The notes below the pieces were generated by a model. That model ran no database searches and had not been told where the DNA came from. It was given only the letters and a program-made list of their open reading frames with translations. A stretch of DNA of 64,000 nucleotides, taken from the NCBI GenBank assembly GCA_965285935.1, contig OZ260661.1:27776001-27840000 (forward strand). The letters run 5' to 3'. This document shows positions 12,001 to 24,000 of the stretch, in pieces. Source of the DNA: Ophelia neglecta (Eukaryota). The translations under genes were made by a program, and so were the position numbers. Numbering within the stretch: position 1 is the stretch's first letter; every line of letters begins with the position of its first letter.

Positions 12001-12820
12001 TGTTTATAACAATGCCTTTATACCTGAGCCTTTATGTATACAAAGACTCAACAAGTGTCACAACTGGATTAGTGAATACCACTTAGTGCTCAAAAGCACT
12101 AAAGCATTGATTAGATCTTGTAAGGTGGAGCCTGGACTTCAAGTCAACTACAATGTAGATAAATACAGAGTTATTATTGATGGCAAATCATATCTGTTAA
12201 GTCAAATTTATGGTTGTAAGTCCAAATTATTTTATAATGTATATGTCAAACAGAAATTCCAGAGATCTTTTAATGAAAAATACTGGGAACGAACTTTGTC
12301 AGTGAACTTAGGAAAGGATGAATGGTGTAATATATATTATAGGAAAGTACATTGCATCCCCGATAACAAAATAGCAGAGTTCAATTACAAACTTTTACAT
12401 AGAATTATTTTATGCAGGAAAACACTTTTTAAGTGGAAAAGAGCAGAAAATAGTAACTGTCTCTCCTGTGGAGCAATGGAAGATTTGAGGCACATATATT
12501 ATGCATGTACAATAGTAAATGAGTTTTGGAAGAAACTAGGTAATATAATTAAGGTTGACATTACCTGGAAACATATTGTTATTGGTTTTCCAGGAAATAA
12601 TGTACATAGTAGTTTCAGAAATTTGCTAATCTCTGTAGTGAAATTTGAAATTTACCGGTTATGGTTGAAAACTTGTGACCCTAAAAATACTCTATTAAGT
12701 CGGTGTGAATCACAAAAGTCCCTTGAAAAGAAGATAATGCATAGAATTGTATTTTGGAGTAATATTATTACAAATAAGGATATATTAAGGTTATGGAATA
12801 CTCATTTCTCTGAGGAGTAA
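9026..12820 (+). CDS. LINE ORF2p (1264 aa): APE endonuclease, reverse transcriptase and C-terminal CCHC zinc motif
   Basis: EN motifs TINVRGL, QET, NIYAPN, GDFN, SRLDYIF, PDH. RT motifs KSPGLDG, NYRPISL, DFEKAFD, GIRQGCPVS, YADD (11141-11152), CLGV. C-terminal CLSCGAMEDLRHIYYAC (12458-12508). Linker motif W.E.GEKSSKYF..LEK is typical of L1/Tx1. Confidence 0.98.
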   Translation: MSMNEDILKIATINVRGLNDLKKRKKIFKWINDNDIQVTYMQETFCTEQLKPYIESGWQGKFFNGVTDSSHSRGVAILISDKLDCKVIDCHKSDDGRRIIVNVDYKENIISFVNIYAPNKEKVRCDFYKRISTWVQTCSKNVSNIVLAGDFNCCMNDEDRIPKTHLHDKSRFNLRKLSENLNLYDMWVKLHGQKSGFTFRDKRNDTKSRLDYIFYSKNFVFQGKSIKISHCTFVPDHKVVIGSFEVTGFKRGPGYWKMNCTLLNEASYCDSISKIVDEVKIACTSAGLSKRQQWEFLKIRVKDFSIKYSIERVKCMKKYRLVTQDKLDEVVEEIENASDEQKDELEERRNILESEINRIYEENVKGAIIRSKINWYENGEKSSKYFCNLEKKRQSDNIIRRVEGGGKTIDDMGGILNECVLFYKKLYSTMDVSSHGIDKYLQEITAPSINDAGQKFLDSPIQNSEVKDAIDRLKVEKSPGLDGIGPEFYKKMWPVIEDLFMDMIQETSTKGQLSYSMRKSVLCLLHKKGPRDTLKNYRPISLSNYDYKIIAFILANRIQNIINQLVSLDQGGYIKGRFIGVNARVILDIFEHCEQNNIPGAIICLDFEKAFDSLEWNFMCKVLTKFGFGVNFVKWIRILYKQPEICIKNNGWVSESFHMERGIRQGCPVSALLFILSLEMLAISIRKCGDIRGFTFEQDEIKISMYADDSTLLLSDIESIINSCVKIDNFCKVSGLKINLAKSEGIWLGPYRDSNQGFNGIPFTNSAVRCLGVYIGHDKIQCHEQNWLHKVKKLQLALNIWKSRKLSLKGKIFIVKTFGISRLIYTANILETPGDIAKTIEKIVYNFIWSKQDRIRRNTLIGNYEDGGLKMIDISSKLKSLKATWISRILQNDHLKNIVNHYIKKQGLYFEYLLLTTFSSHKEVDGVLCLPQFYIEVFCSFNQCKTSTIAGSMNSYSVMTQPLWCNKSFICKGKCLLMENWAKSGFMFVKDIVYNNAFIPEPLCIQRLNKCHNWISEYHLVLKSTKALIRSCKVEPGLQVNYNVDKYRVIIDGKSYLLSQIYGCKSKLFYNVYVKQKFQRSFNEKYWERTLSVNLGKDEWCNIYYRKVHCIPDNKIAEFNYKLLHRIILCRKTLFKWKRAENSNCLSCGAMEDLRHIYYACTIVNEFWKKLGNIIKVDITWKHIVIGFPGNNVHSSFRNLLISVVKFEIYRLWLKTCDPKNTLLSRCESQKSLEKKIMHRIVFWSNIITNKDILRLWNTHFSEE

Positions 12821-12947
12821 CACAAAGGCAATTGTTTTTCATACTTGAAATATAGTAAAGTAAAGATAGATGTGTATCAGCTGTAAAGGTATATAACCCA
12901 TGTTTGTAAAAGTGAAAATGAGCTCATTGTAATATATGAACTTGGCT

Positions 12948-12980
12948 AATAAACTTGTTTAAAAAAAAAAAAAAAAAAAA
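12948..12980 (+). terminator. LINE polyadenylation signal and poly(A) tail
   Basis: AATAAA at 12948-12953, then 7 nt, then a pure run of 23 As (12961-12983, the last 3 shared with the TSD). Confidence 0.9.
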
Positions 12981-12997
12981 AAATACTGCCAGATGAC
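12981..12997 (+). repeat. 3' copy of target-site duplication AAATACTGCCAGATGAC
   Basis: Directly follows the poly(A) tail and is identical to 7349-7365. The first three As are ambiguous with the tail. Confidence 0.95.
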
Positions 12998-13387
12998 TAC
13001 TGATTAGAATATATTGAGTATCATCATAATACAGATGATTACTCAACAAAGACGTTTTGCAGAACTCAATTGCTATTTCAATGAACGTAGGTTTGGTAGA
13101 TTCCGTTTCCGATATAAACTGGATATTTGAAAATAAATTTAAACAATCTGACCATATAAAGAATAGTCATTTCTATTAATTAATAGGGCTTATATGTGCT
13201 AGTTCATTCATCTACCAAATATCACCTGGGTCCGTGTACTTTCTGTCATCCCATATGATTTTCCTCTAGCTATATTTGAAAGAAGGAATGTATTTAAGAC
13301 CATTCTGCAACAAGCGGGGACAAAAATATTAGGTAAAAGGAACATACACTGGCATCAAACCAAAACATATACACGGGCAAAACGTGC

Positions 13388-13650
13388 GGGGATACCCATA
13401 AACAAAACAAAATCATCGGTCAAGAAAATATGTCCAAAAAATCAACAGGATCAAGCAGCCACAACACCACACACATTAATAAATAAATATCCAAGCAGCA
13501 AATAAAATCATGTTACAAAATAAAGCACTGTACTGATATCACTTGCAATATGAATTAGTCAACAGTTGTCCATGATGCGAGCCAGATGCGCGTCACAAAA
13601 CAAATGATTCAGTGGTTAAAGTAGGACAGACATGAAATATGCCCCTAGAG
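13388..13650 (+). repeat. Dispersed repeat family A copy (SINE- or MITE-like, unclassified)
   Basis: Shares GGA.C.AGCAGCCACA and AGTCAACAGT...CATGATGCG.GCCAG...GTAGGACAGAC blocks with 33234-33440 and 54261-54467. Confidence 0.7.
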
Positions 13651-16549
13651 AAGCTGTGATGGTGCAAACTCTCACAAAATTTAGAGACTATAGATGCATG
13701 GGTCTCAGTAAACACAAGGCCACCGAGGGGTGTAAGAGGCCCTGCAAACTTAAATGATATAAAACCTTATCCATAGTACCGTGTAAAACTATTTACGTAT
13801 ATTGAACCAGTGACGCTTTTATTGCGACTAAATACATGCATCTGCACCATATGATATTTTTATCAGTACAATGCAGAAGGCCTCCAGCCCTTCGATGAGT
13901 TGAACAGATTCTCTGCATTGATGTTAAACCTACACACCAGCAGTCTTAATGAGGTTCATCGATCGTATTTTGACTCGCTTCGAGCCTGATGACATCCTTT
14001 ATTGGATTCCACAAACAATAGACATACAAAACAGTGATATTTAAGACGAACATGATTAACAAAAATAGAATTACTACACTAACAAAACAAATATAAATTT
14101 GTAAGTACGGTTTATCAGAATTCAGAATACAAATTCGTATAAAATGAAAGTATATATTTATGTTTCATATCGATATCGTATCATATGTGGCCATCATTTG
14201 AAGTTGCTTGGGGAAGGAAACAATATATGACAGAGTAAAATGGACGTTAATTCTTCAGAGAGCGGGGTTCACGCGTCTGTGTACAGAAGTTCCAACAGAA
14301 TTCTCTATTGATCCAATTTATTTCGAATTGGTTCATTAAAAAAAACAGAAAGTCGACGGTTGGAAAAAGGCTGTGATCATGCACCAAAGGAACTACCCAT
14401 TTCTACGCCGAATGCCATGGATTGCATGCAATTGTTCGACGACAATCTGATTGTTGGTTCGACAGAGCTGAATTTGATTGCGTATTTGTCACACATTGTT
14501 TCTTGTCTTTGATTCTGCCATGATTGTTTTTGTCTGGGACTGTGATTCTTAAGGGCCGCAGGGCTGAATTACAGCTAGTAATATTTTATGATTGGTGGTG
14601 TGTGGCATGCAGACATGTGTCTATAGGAAACCTCCCTTAAACGAGCCTAAGATGTGTGCAATATGTTCAAACTTAACGGGACAAAAAAAGAGATTTAGCA
14701 TTTTTCTGTTCAAAACACCCTATTTAATAGGGTAATTTCAAAAGTACCATATACGGCTAGCCATGTTATTGAATTGTTTAATAATGGAACGAAAACAATG
14801 ACACTCAGACATACAGATGGCAACTTTGTTTTGCATGCTTCGGAGATAATAGTGCCAGCTTGTTGTATTAGATTATGTTGTCTCTCTAAAGAGTGTACAA
14901 TAAAACACGAGACAATGTTTACAGTGTTTATACACATGAGGTCTGGATTATTTTTTTAAAATGCACAGAATGCCATTAACTTACTATATTTGCAAAAATC
15001 GGTCTCAGAATATTTTTTTGCGAAACACAGTGACCTTCGACTTTCTGGTGATATTCTAGTCTGGTAGACATTAAACGAGCATTTTCTGAATTTCACACTA
15101 ATATAAATCAGACAAGAATGGTTTGCGTTATGCCGATAAACCAGATAAGCAAAGACAAGGTTTCACTTTTTGTCTGAGTAGACTTAATAAACATGTAATA
15201 TGTTACACTGGAATTGCATTACACTGCCATCATATGATTAATATAGTGGCTACATGGACAGGTGTTTTTGCACATCCCAAGCTACATATAACAGAATAGA
15301 GTGAAGATCACAACCGTAAATATGTCAATTAATCTTATAAAAAACTAATGAAAGCTTCCCGGCTGTTGCTATTTTTACAATGCATGTCTACGAGTCTTTG
15401 ATATGCTCTTTAGTTGTATCATTTGATCCTCGTTACTGTAAAAATGCTCACAAGTAACTCTATCAAGCACACCTGGTGGTTCCAACTGAACCGGCAGCCT
15501 CTTGAGTTTGAAAGACTGAGCCGCATCACGGACACATGACTCCAACTACATAATGGCTCTATTATTCACCCAGGTAACTTACTTTCAGTAAACCAGTTTT
15601 GAAAATCGAAGACTGGTTTGCAGCAATAAATCCTCGGTGATGCATTGCGATCGGTTTAAACCGTAATATCATTTGATGTACTGATTAATGTGTCGTAACA
15701 TCTGCCCCCAAATCTGTGATATGAGGGTCGTCTTGTCATCATATTACAACTATCATGATGCTAAAAGTAGCCTAGCTTATTCTTAAATACAATATTTTCC
15801 CACCACTTTATAGGTGTTAGAAATTATGCACTCGGTCCGAGGGCAGTACCCTGCCTACATAGTGTATATTTCATATCACGTTTGCGCTAGGTACACGCAG
15901 AATATATTTTCGTATTAAGTCGGGTTCTCAAAAGTTCTGGGGTCCGTCAGATCACATGGTTAAATCTCGATCTAACATTGTTAAAGGATACAGCAAATAA
16001 AATTAAGTGTCAGTTGCTTTGAATAGCATCCACAAAAAATTGGCAAATCGGCGTCAATTTGTGTATTTGCGATTTTTGATGTAAATGTATATACAATGAA
16101 GTATCGGAGCGCAGTGACAACTCCCATCACCGAATTACCACCCGATGTCTTTACTAGTGTAGTTTATCAAAATGGAAATTGAGTGAAAACTGTGCCTGAA
16201 TAGAAGTCAAATATTAAGCCACAAGAAGAAATTGTGTTTATTTTGTGCCAAGGTGATATTATATGCCCAGCGTTGTAAAATGGGCCATATTGTTGGCCTC
16301 TTATCTTATCAAAACCAAATATTTGGTAAAAAAAAACTCCAGCAATATATTTGATAGCAAAATATTGTATAATGATTAAAGGGTTGACCACGTTATGCGT
16401 GCTACTTATAATTCAGAACATATGCAACAGAATATTGATATACTATTTGGACGGTTTTTGTTTTTTCTGTCTGCCCTATTTCATTAACGTATAAAGCGGA
16501 ATGTTTCACCAATAGTGAAATACAGTTAATGCGAAATCCTAATAGCACA

Positions 16550-16683
16550 GGCAGATTGCTTGAGAGCTGCAGACTAATACACTGATGCGTGTGGGGCTGT
16601 GGCTGCTGGTTCCTAATGAGTTCGACCGGTTTAATGGACTTTCCTTGGCTGATAAATTGGTTTTGTCTCCAGGTATCTACTCC
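16550..16683 (-). repeat. Dispersed repeat family A copy
   Basis: Reverse complement reads GGAGTAGATACCTGGAGACAAAACC...GGAACCAGCAGCCACAGCCCCACACGCATCAG, matching 47181-47305. Confidence 0.75.
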
Positions 16684-19222
16684 AGTTTTTCTATAAGATA
16701 ACATTGCGGTCAATGCTTATCTGTTTATCATGACATAAATGAACCCTTTGTCTTAAGTTTTGATGTGGATATGATTAAACATAAGCATATTGACTGAGGT
16801 GAAGAGGTTCTATTAAGTTTTCTGAGTGTCAACTGTATTTATCGAATAACCCTCTGCACATTAGCACATAAAGGAGCACACACCGGTTACGAACGTTGTA
16901 AGAAATATAAGGTAGGTAGAAGAAATAACTGCCGAAAGGAATGCCATAAAAATAGGTTGATATATATGAATGAATACAAATACAATACATTGGATAACAG
17001 TCGGCGTGTCTAGTGGATCTAACTCCGTTGTCACTGTCTATGTTCTGGTTTCATATTAATGTTATCTGTTTTCTGAAACGGGCCCTGCCAAATTTGGGCT
17101 CATTAAATCGATATATTAATTTCAGATTCCTGCCGTGTAAACACTAATTTATCTTTCGAAGGACAGGGCACTCTAAGAGACCTCTACTGTGTAACTTAAT
17201 AATAACAGCTAAGATATTCTGTTAATAAATATCACCATGGTTTGGGTTTGGCAATCACTGACGTATGCAATATGCAACGCTACATGAAGACAAAAAGCAT
17301 GAGGGGCCAAATGAATCATTAAAATTATGGTGTCACGCGCATAGAAGTGGGTGTATCAACTTTTTAACTAGTAGAATCTCATGGACTGGATATAAAGAGG
17401 ACCTAAGAAAACTAATAAAAACCAAGCGACAAGCCTACTTATATGTAATTGGCATGTTTGGGATAAAAACAATCCAATTCAGGGGAGGCCACTAGATTTG
17501 CCCATCGCTACTTCGTTAACCCCAATAAAACATGTTTAAACTAATTCAATTTAATGCATATATATATAAAATGGGAACACAAGAGATAACAAATTAACCA
17601 GAGCTGGCATAAACACATGTAAAAAGGAATGACATAAAGTTGGGCAGTAAATATCAGTGACAAAATACACCTAGAGGCATACAATGCGGGAAGTCTGAAA
17701 TCCAGTACTATGCCCTATGGCATAACAATATCAGGACAGCTATCATGTTTCTGACTAAAATATCGGTTACATTGAATACTAAGGAATATTTTGTTTCACG
17801 CCTGAGGCATGACTCAAAAAATCAATAAATCGAAATGTCAGGCAAAATGCGTCACAAAAGATTCACTCTCCTTTCTGTTATCTTTTTAATTGTAAATACG
17901 TGCAACCCAGCATCATTTTCAACTGGTTCTTTGACCGATTTGTTTAATTAATAATTGTTCAATGAAGCACTAGCTTTGTGAAAAATAAAATGTCTTGGCT
18001 AGAAAAGCATATTTCACATCAAATAGATTAGCATGCGAATGGTTATTACATATATTCAAACACAATAAGTGATTGCATTAAAAGAATATCAAAGGTATTT
18101 ATGCCTGAACTCAATATTGTATGTTCGGGTGTCTTGAGACACTTGAAACATCAGTGTACAGTAGTCGATCACTGCATTCATTGTATTAATCCGGCAGTCA
18201 TTCTTATCATAAATCGGACTTACTGATCAATGCTAGTGTAGTACTCATGAGGCGAGGCAGGCAGTCCAATGAGAACAATTCAATGGAATTTCGACTACAT
18301 ATGGGGAAACTAATTAACAAGCATCTGTACATCATTTGTTATCATGTTGTTACATTGTAATATAGCAATGTACAGTGTCACAGGGATGTCGGTGCAGTCT
18401 GCGCTGAACAGCCTTAAAGGTTAGTTCGGCGACACACCTTATGTTTGAACGCATTGCCAGTGGGGCTAAGTTCATTGCACCAATTGCTGACATTGGACAC
18501 ATGTGACTTGAGACCCAATCCACTTCTCACTTAGCCGGGGCACCTGAAACAGCCCCAGCTCCAACCTAGGCATGGCTTAGTGCCACATAAATACTACAAG
18601 CTTCCTCATTTATTCGTTAGACCAGACATTCGATGGTCTAATTAAAAGGTCTCAAGCGGCACTCACGGCTATTAAGATACAAGAAAAACACAGTAATGTA
18701 AAGCACAAACCTCCATTTGGCCGACACTGTGGAATATCGGCACGGATGCATTGTCTGCTTTCAACTTTTAAGCCAAATAAAAGTGATATACGGTTTGCCG
18801 CTTGCTAGGCTGTGTATTAAACACTATATTTTGGATAAAAAGCAAGAAGGAAATGTCTATGTATTTGTAATAAACCATCATTTGTCTAAAGCAGGTATAA
18901 TTGGGATTATTTAAGGTCAAGGTCATTAACAAAATGTTTGTTTGTTTCTGGTTTTGCATTAAACAAATGTTTGTTTCCGACACTGGAAAAAAAAAATTGT
19001 TTGTCCGGGATTCTCTTTAAAATAATTGCTTGCATAAGCACTAAAAAATTGTTCTTCAATGGATTCTCAATTTGTTAGCCCTAACGGCCAAAAAATGACT
19101 TGACACATAATGTACACATGTGAAACATTTAATTAAAAAACTGACTTGAATAATAAACATTATCCATAAAATGCCTTTACCCTTTTGCCCAGAGGGTTGG
19201 TAACGGGGACAATCCAGACATT

Positions 19223-19250
19223 CCTTCTTGAAATCCTGGATCCGCCACTG
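19223..19250 (-). mobile_element. Solo DNA-transposon/MITE terminus (CAGTGGCGGATCCAGGATTT)
   Basis: Resembles a common invertebrate MITE terminal repeat; the partner end was not found. Confidence 0.45.
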
Positions 19251-19328
19251 AATAATCAACGATCCTCATCAAACTCATGCTTGCAGAGCATAGTATTTCA
19301 CCAAAGAACGTCCAAAGGACCATCGCCT

Positions 19329-19395
19329 TATCCGGCAGACAAACTCATTAATCAAGAACAATCCAATGAATCGGTCCAAAGGTATCAGCAACTAC
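19329..19395 (+). repeat. Dispersed repeat family A, partial copy
   Basis: TATCCGGCAGACAAA...GGTCCAAAGGTATCAG. Confidence 0.5.
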
Positions 19396-20306
19396 TACGT
19401 ATTGTGTTCAACGATCGTACGGTAATGGTTAAGGTGTGTGTAACGTTAGTGCAAAGCTATTTGATTGTGGTATTTGGTCCGTTTGGCATTCCATATGTGT
19501 TATTGTTTGCTATCATGTATGCCCTAAAATTTAGGTCATAGACTGAAGTGTATCGGCTAGTTTGAGAGTACGGGTTAATCGTGCCCAAGACAGAAGCTTG
19601 ACGGCCAATTGACGGGCATAAGATCCCGCAAAGTCGGTAAGGAACCCCATAACCCACAGGTTATCTGTTTTAACAAATCATTCCGAAAATTGTTTATATT
19701 TTATAATGTACTTTGTGCCTTGCCGGCCTATTAAAGCGTTTACATCCCTCGCCATTAAATCTATCTTAGACAGGCGGGGAAACAACATGGTTACCATACT
19801 GAGAAAAATACATATATACAACATATATACAGTAAGGTTGCCAGTTCCCCCCCCCCCCCCTTCTAGGGTAGATTCAAGTGCGCTTGGTGTACATTCACCC
19901 ACGTTTAAACAATACGAACAGTAGCTAGTCATATATGGCCAGTAAAACTACCAAAATAAGACTCAAAGTAAACTAATAGATAATTTGCTGAAACTGAATG
20001 TAATGCAGGCCTTCGTTACATCATCCCCTGGGACAACTGGACGATAACTGAATGGAGAAATTGGGGTTACCATTGCTAAAATAACATACAACAGCCAAGG
20101 TCAGAAATTAGGTTCCCTTTCGTATGCCTACACAAGGAGGCGTTATGTAGTCGGGTTATCGGCCTGTGGTCCCATGTTTAATATACATATAGCCTTCCAA
20201 TATGATTATGACATGCGCAATGGACGCACAGCTATTAATCTCTAACTGCTCTTCGGTGGCGTTTGCTGTCTGGCTGTTATGTTTGTACAGCAGTAACAAA
20301 AAAACC

Positions 20307-20380
20307 GGAGACTACCCAGCAGACAAAGTCAAACCACTAGTCAACACTACACCAATGAATCAGTCCGAAATAAGCAGAAA
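20307..20380 (+). repeat. Dispersed repeat family A, partial copy
   Basis: GGAGACTACCCAGCAGACAAAGTCAAA...GTCCGAAATAAGCAGAAAC. Confidence 0.55.
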
Positions 20381-20953
20381 CGTCTTTGTATATTCATGGA
20401 AGTGATCTTTGCATAGGGTACATGAAATGGTCAGGTTTTAGGGTGGATTGTAAAAAAGAAAATAGCCAGCATGTGAGTAAGTCAAGATCGTTCATGGACG
20501 CGTTTACTCTTTGACTGTTGAAGGAATAATTTCGTAACTTTGGACATGGGGGGTATCGAAAGATATTATGCTGACTAGATTTTGGGGCAGGTGGGAAACA
20601 AGGTGGCTGCCAAGAGCAATTTATTAATTAAAATTAATTTGAGGTTTAAATTTCAGGCCTAATGGTACGAGATAGTCATACTAAGTGTATTGACCACTCA
20701 TAAGAAATCATATACAGCGAACATTTCGATGGCTACAAATTTGGTCTTGACGTCTGCTTGAAGGTGAAATCAGGCAATCCAAATTTTTAAAGGTGTTTTT
20801 TCAGTCTGGATACATGACAGGAAAACGCACCCACACCTCACCAGTCCGTTGTCTACCATAACATTTTTATTGACCCCCCCCCCCCTCAACCCCTACAGAA
20901 ACAGACCCTTACTGGTTTCCAAAGCGTCCATATAGTTGCAGTTTTTTACCAAT

Positions 20954-21085
20954 ATGGAACGTTGGCAAGGAAGAGTTGCCTTGGTGACCGGAGCCAGTGC
21001 AGGTATCGGAGCCGCCATCGCCAGGAGACTTGCAGAGTGTGGCATGATAGTCGTGGGATGTGCCAGGAATATCGACTATATACAA
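20954..21085 (+). CDS. DHRS11: SDR exon 1 ([19 protein letters not shown]...DYIQ)
   Basis: TGxxxGxG motif; donor CAA/gtatgt. Confidence 0.93.
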
Positions 21086-24000
21086 GTATGTCTGTTAACA
21101 GTAGCCGGTACTTATACACACATCACGCTAGAATAACCTGGTTTGGAAAGACAACTTCCATCCCGACCTGCCAAACTAGTTTTTTTTTCATTTTACTCCA
21201 AACTATATGGAGTAATATGCCTGGCGTAATTTCCCTGCTCCCGAAAATGTTTCGATTAAAACAATTCATAACATATACATTGTTTCCCAGGTCATGTCTG
21301 AGGAGTTAAAGTCCACAGGTAAAGGTTCCCTACATGCATTGCGCTGTGACCTGAGGAAGGAGGAGGATATTCTATCAATGTTCTCAGAGATTAAGGCACA
21401 ACATGGAGGAGTTGATGTGTGCGTTAATAACGCCGGATTGGGCTTAAATGACAGCAGTATCCTGTACGGGAAGACTGGGAACTGGAGGGAAATATTCGAA
21501 GTATGGACAATATAGTTAATATCGAATAAGTAACTTACAAATCTTGTGTTTTAGGTATAAAAATGGTAATAGGTTGACAATCATTCTGAAATACGAAACA
21601 AACATTCCAACTGTTAAGGTAATTCATTTAAATCGTACATCTTACCAGCAAATGACGAAGAAAATATATATTGCCCGCCTTGCCCCGCATCAGGTCAATC
21701 AGAGGGACGGCGGTTCCCCCCCCCCCCACCTCGAGTCGATCAGAAGGAACCTTCCTTCCCCCCACCTCAATCTGAGGGGACGCGACTTTCTCCCCCGCCA
21801 TAAGTAGATCAGAGGGAACTCCCCCCACCCCCACCTCGGTCGATCACAAGGAACGTGCCTTCCCCCTGCCTCCTGTTGATCAGAGAGAAAGCGACTCATT
21901 TGAACTCATTATCTCTCTCTCCTCCCCCCCCCCCCTTGTGTCCATCAGAGGGATTGCGCCCCCCCCCCCTCCCTACCCCGCCTCCTGTTGGCCAGATCGA
22001 AGGTGACTTAAGGGTTTCCATTTGTGAATTCAGGTCAATGTCATGGCTTTAACAATTTGTACAAGGGAAGCCATCAAAACGATGAGGGAAAGAAAAGTGG
22101 ACGACGGGCACATTGTTCAAATGTCGAGGTTGGTTTCCATTTTTCCATTTTACAGACAGCATTGTCAACGCCTTTTTAAACCAAAGACAAACGATCAAAC
22201 AGATACTTAATTATTGTTAACATTTGGTTTGTGTCCAAAACGGGTAATATAGTAGCAGGTGATTCGTGACTAAAAGGTACAGTGAAACCTGTGTTTGTGG
22301 TCACCAATATGGTCACTAAATAATAACCCAATCCCCATTTATGCATATATTAACTGACCTGCCTATTTAGGTCACCTACATAATGTGGCGAGTTTTTCTT
22401 AACTGACCTGATTAGACAGGTTTCACTTTAATTAAGACTCTGCTGCTATGATATTCCATGTCTGCTTTAATATTTCGCATATAACAGATGTGTCAAGTCG
22501 GTGCCCTTCAAACCTGAGCAGGCTGAAAGTGCCACGGTGGTCCATAATGCATGTAAAATGTATTTGTTTCAGTTGTGTCAGTTACTACCATTTGCCCTGG
22601 CCGGATGGTCATTGGTATAGCTCCAGCAAGTGGATGGTGCGGGCGATAACAGACTGTCTGAGGATGGAGCTCAGGGCGGAGAAATCACGGATTAAAGTCT
22701 CGGTAATATTTGGAGTTATAGACAAAACACGTTTAGACAAGCTCATTGACTTTGTTTAGATATTAGGCCGGTTCCAATATTGTGAAAACACAGCAAAAAT
22801 AGAATATGTGCAAACGACGAAAACGCAAGTTTTACCGAAAGCCCCATTAATTGAAAAATAATGTACATTTTAATGCCTCCTATGACCAAACGGTTACCCC
22901 AACACCTCTGTTTGCACTGAGAATAAATGGGTCAATGAAGGGCTAACATTGAACTTACTTCGTCCCACGCTTAGTAGCCATGCTGTTTTCATCACATACT
23001 CCGTCCTGCACGCAAAGCCGAACAATACAGTTTTCCGAAACAGACTAATTGTGCATACATAAGGTGACTTAAACTGCACGTGGCCGTGATTTTATTTCTA
23101 ACCACAATGCCCTTCCATCACGTGTTACGTGGTTACAATTGTGAAGTGGTATTTAGTAAACAACTTGTAAGACAACCTTCCCAAAATTGTCAATGCGAAG
23201 CCTACCTCTCTCTCCCGGTTCAAACGCAAGTGTAAGGGGTTCTCTACAATCTGAAATATCTATATATTTTGCAGGCTATATCGCCCGGAATGGTGAAGAC
23301 GGAAATTGTTACACGGGCCTTGGGAGAGGAGGCGTCTGAGGCACTATACAAATCCCAGGAGGTATAAAACTAACTTAAATATTGCGACCTGATACGATGC
23401 CGCCTGTCGGCATTTCCAGATTAGTGTCCTATTTATTCATAAACATATGGGGAAATAATGTGCATGCATAAGTACGCTGGTTTCCTTAGTTAATGAAAAG
23501 GAAAATACTACATCAGGCAAGACGCACTAGCGTCATCATGTTTGCGATGTTGTACATGCTCAAATATTATGATCTTGGACTTACTAATAAAGTGATATCA
23601 TTTATAGTTTGTTTATATAAGATTCATAGCAAGTTTCGTTACGGTGTGGAGCCGGGGGGTTATCATGTTGGCCTGCAACTGCCGACTCCTTATGATTTTC
23701 TGACGGATGTACTGAGCTATTCTAGATTTGTGCTTGCTGTGTCAGTTATCCATTCCCATTTTTGCCCCCAGTCTCTAAGTGCGAACAACGTGGCAGACGC
23801 CGTAGTGACTGTCCTCGGGACGACTGAAGAAGTCGAGGTACGTCTCTTATCTTTTATTACCGTGACTATGGTTGTTATGGCAACTCATGGCACTCTCTTG
23901 TCGGAACTGCTCCTCCCATGCTCGTTTAGGAAAGAATCGCTTTAACAATAAATAATAAGCTGTACATATTACACATTGCACAAGAAATCGATTCATGGCA

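Larger units (their letters stand above)
7366..12980 (+). mobile_element. Full-length L1/Tx1-clade non-LTR retrotransposon (LINE), about 5.6 kb, apparently intact and recent
   Basis: Identical 17-bp flanking repeats (7349-7365 and 12981-12997). 278-bp 5'UTR, ORF1 with CCHC knuckles, 149-bp spacer, ORF2 APE-RT-zinc, 140-bp 3'UTR, AATAAA at 12948 and an uninterrupted A-tail from 12961. Confidence 0.97.

Noticed and set aside
20936-23945. ORF-track entries 20936, 20962, 21294, 22448 and 23493 as standalone genes
   Set aside because: They are SDR exons read into introns or alternative frames. The real start is the ATG at 20954.
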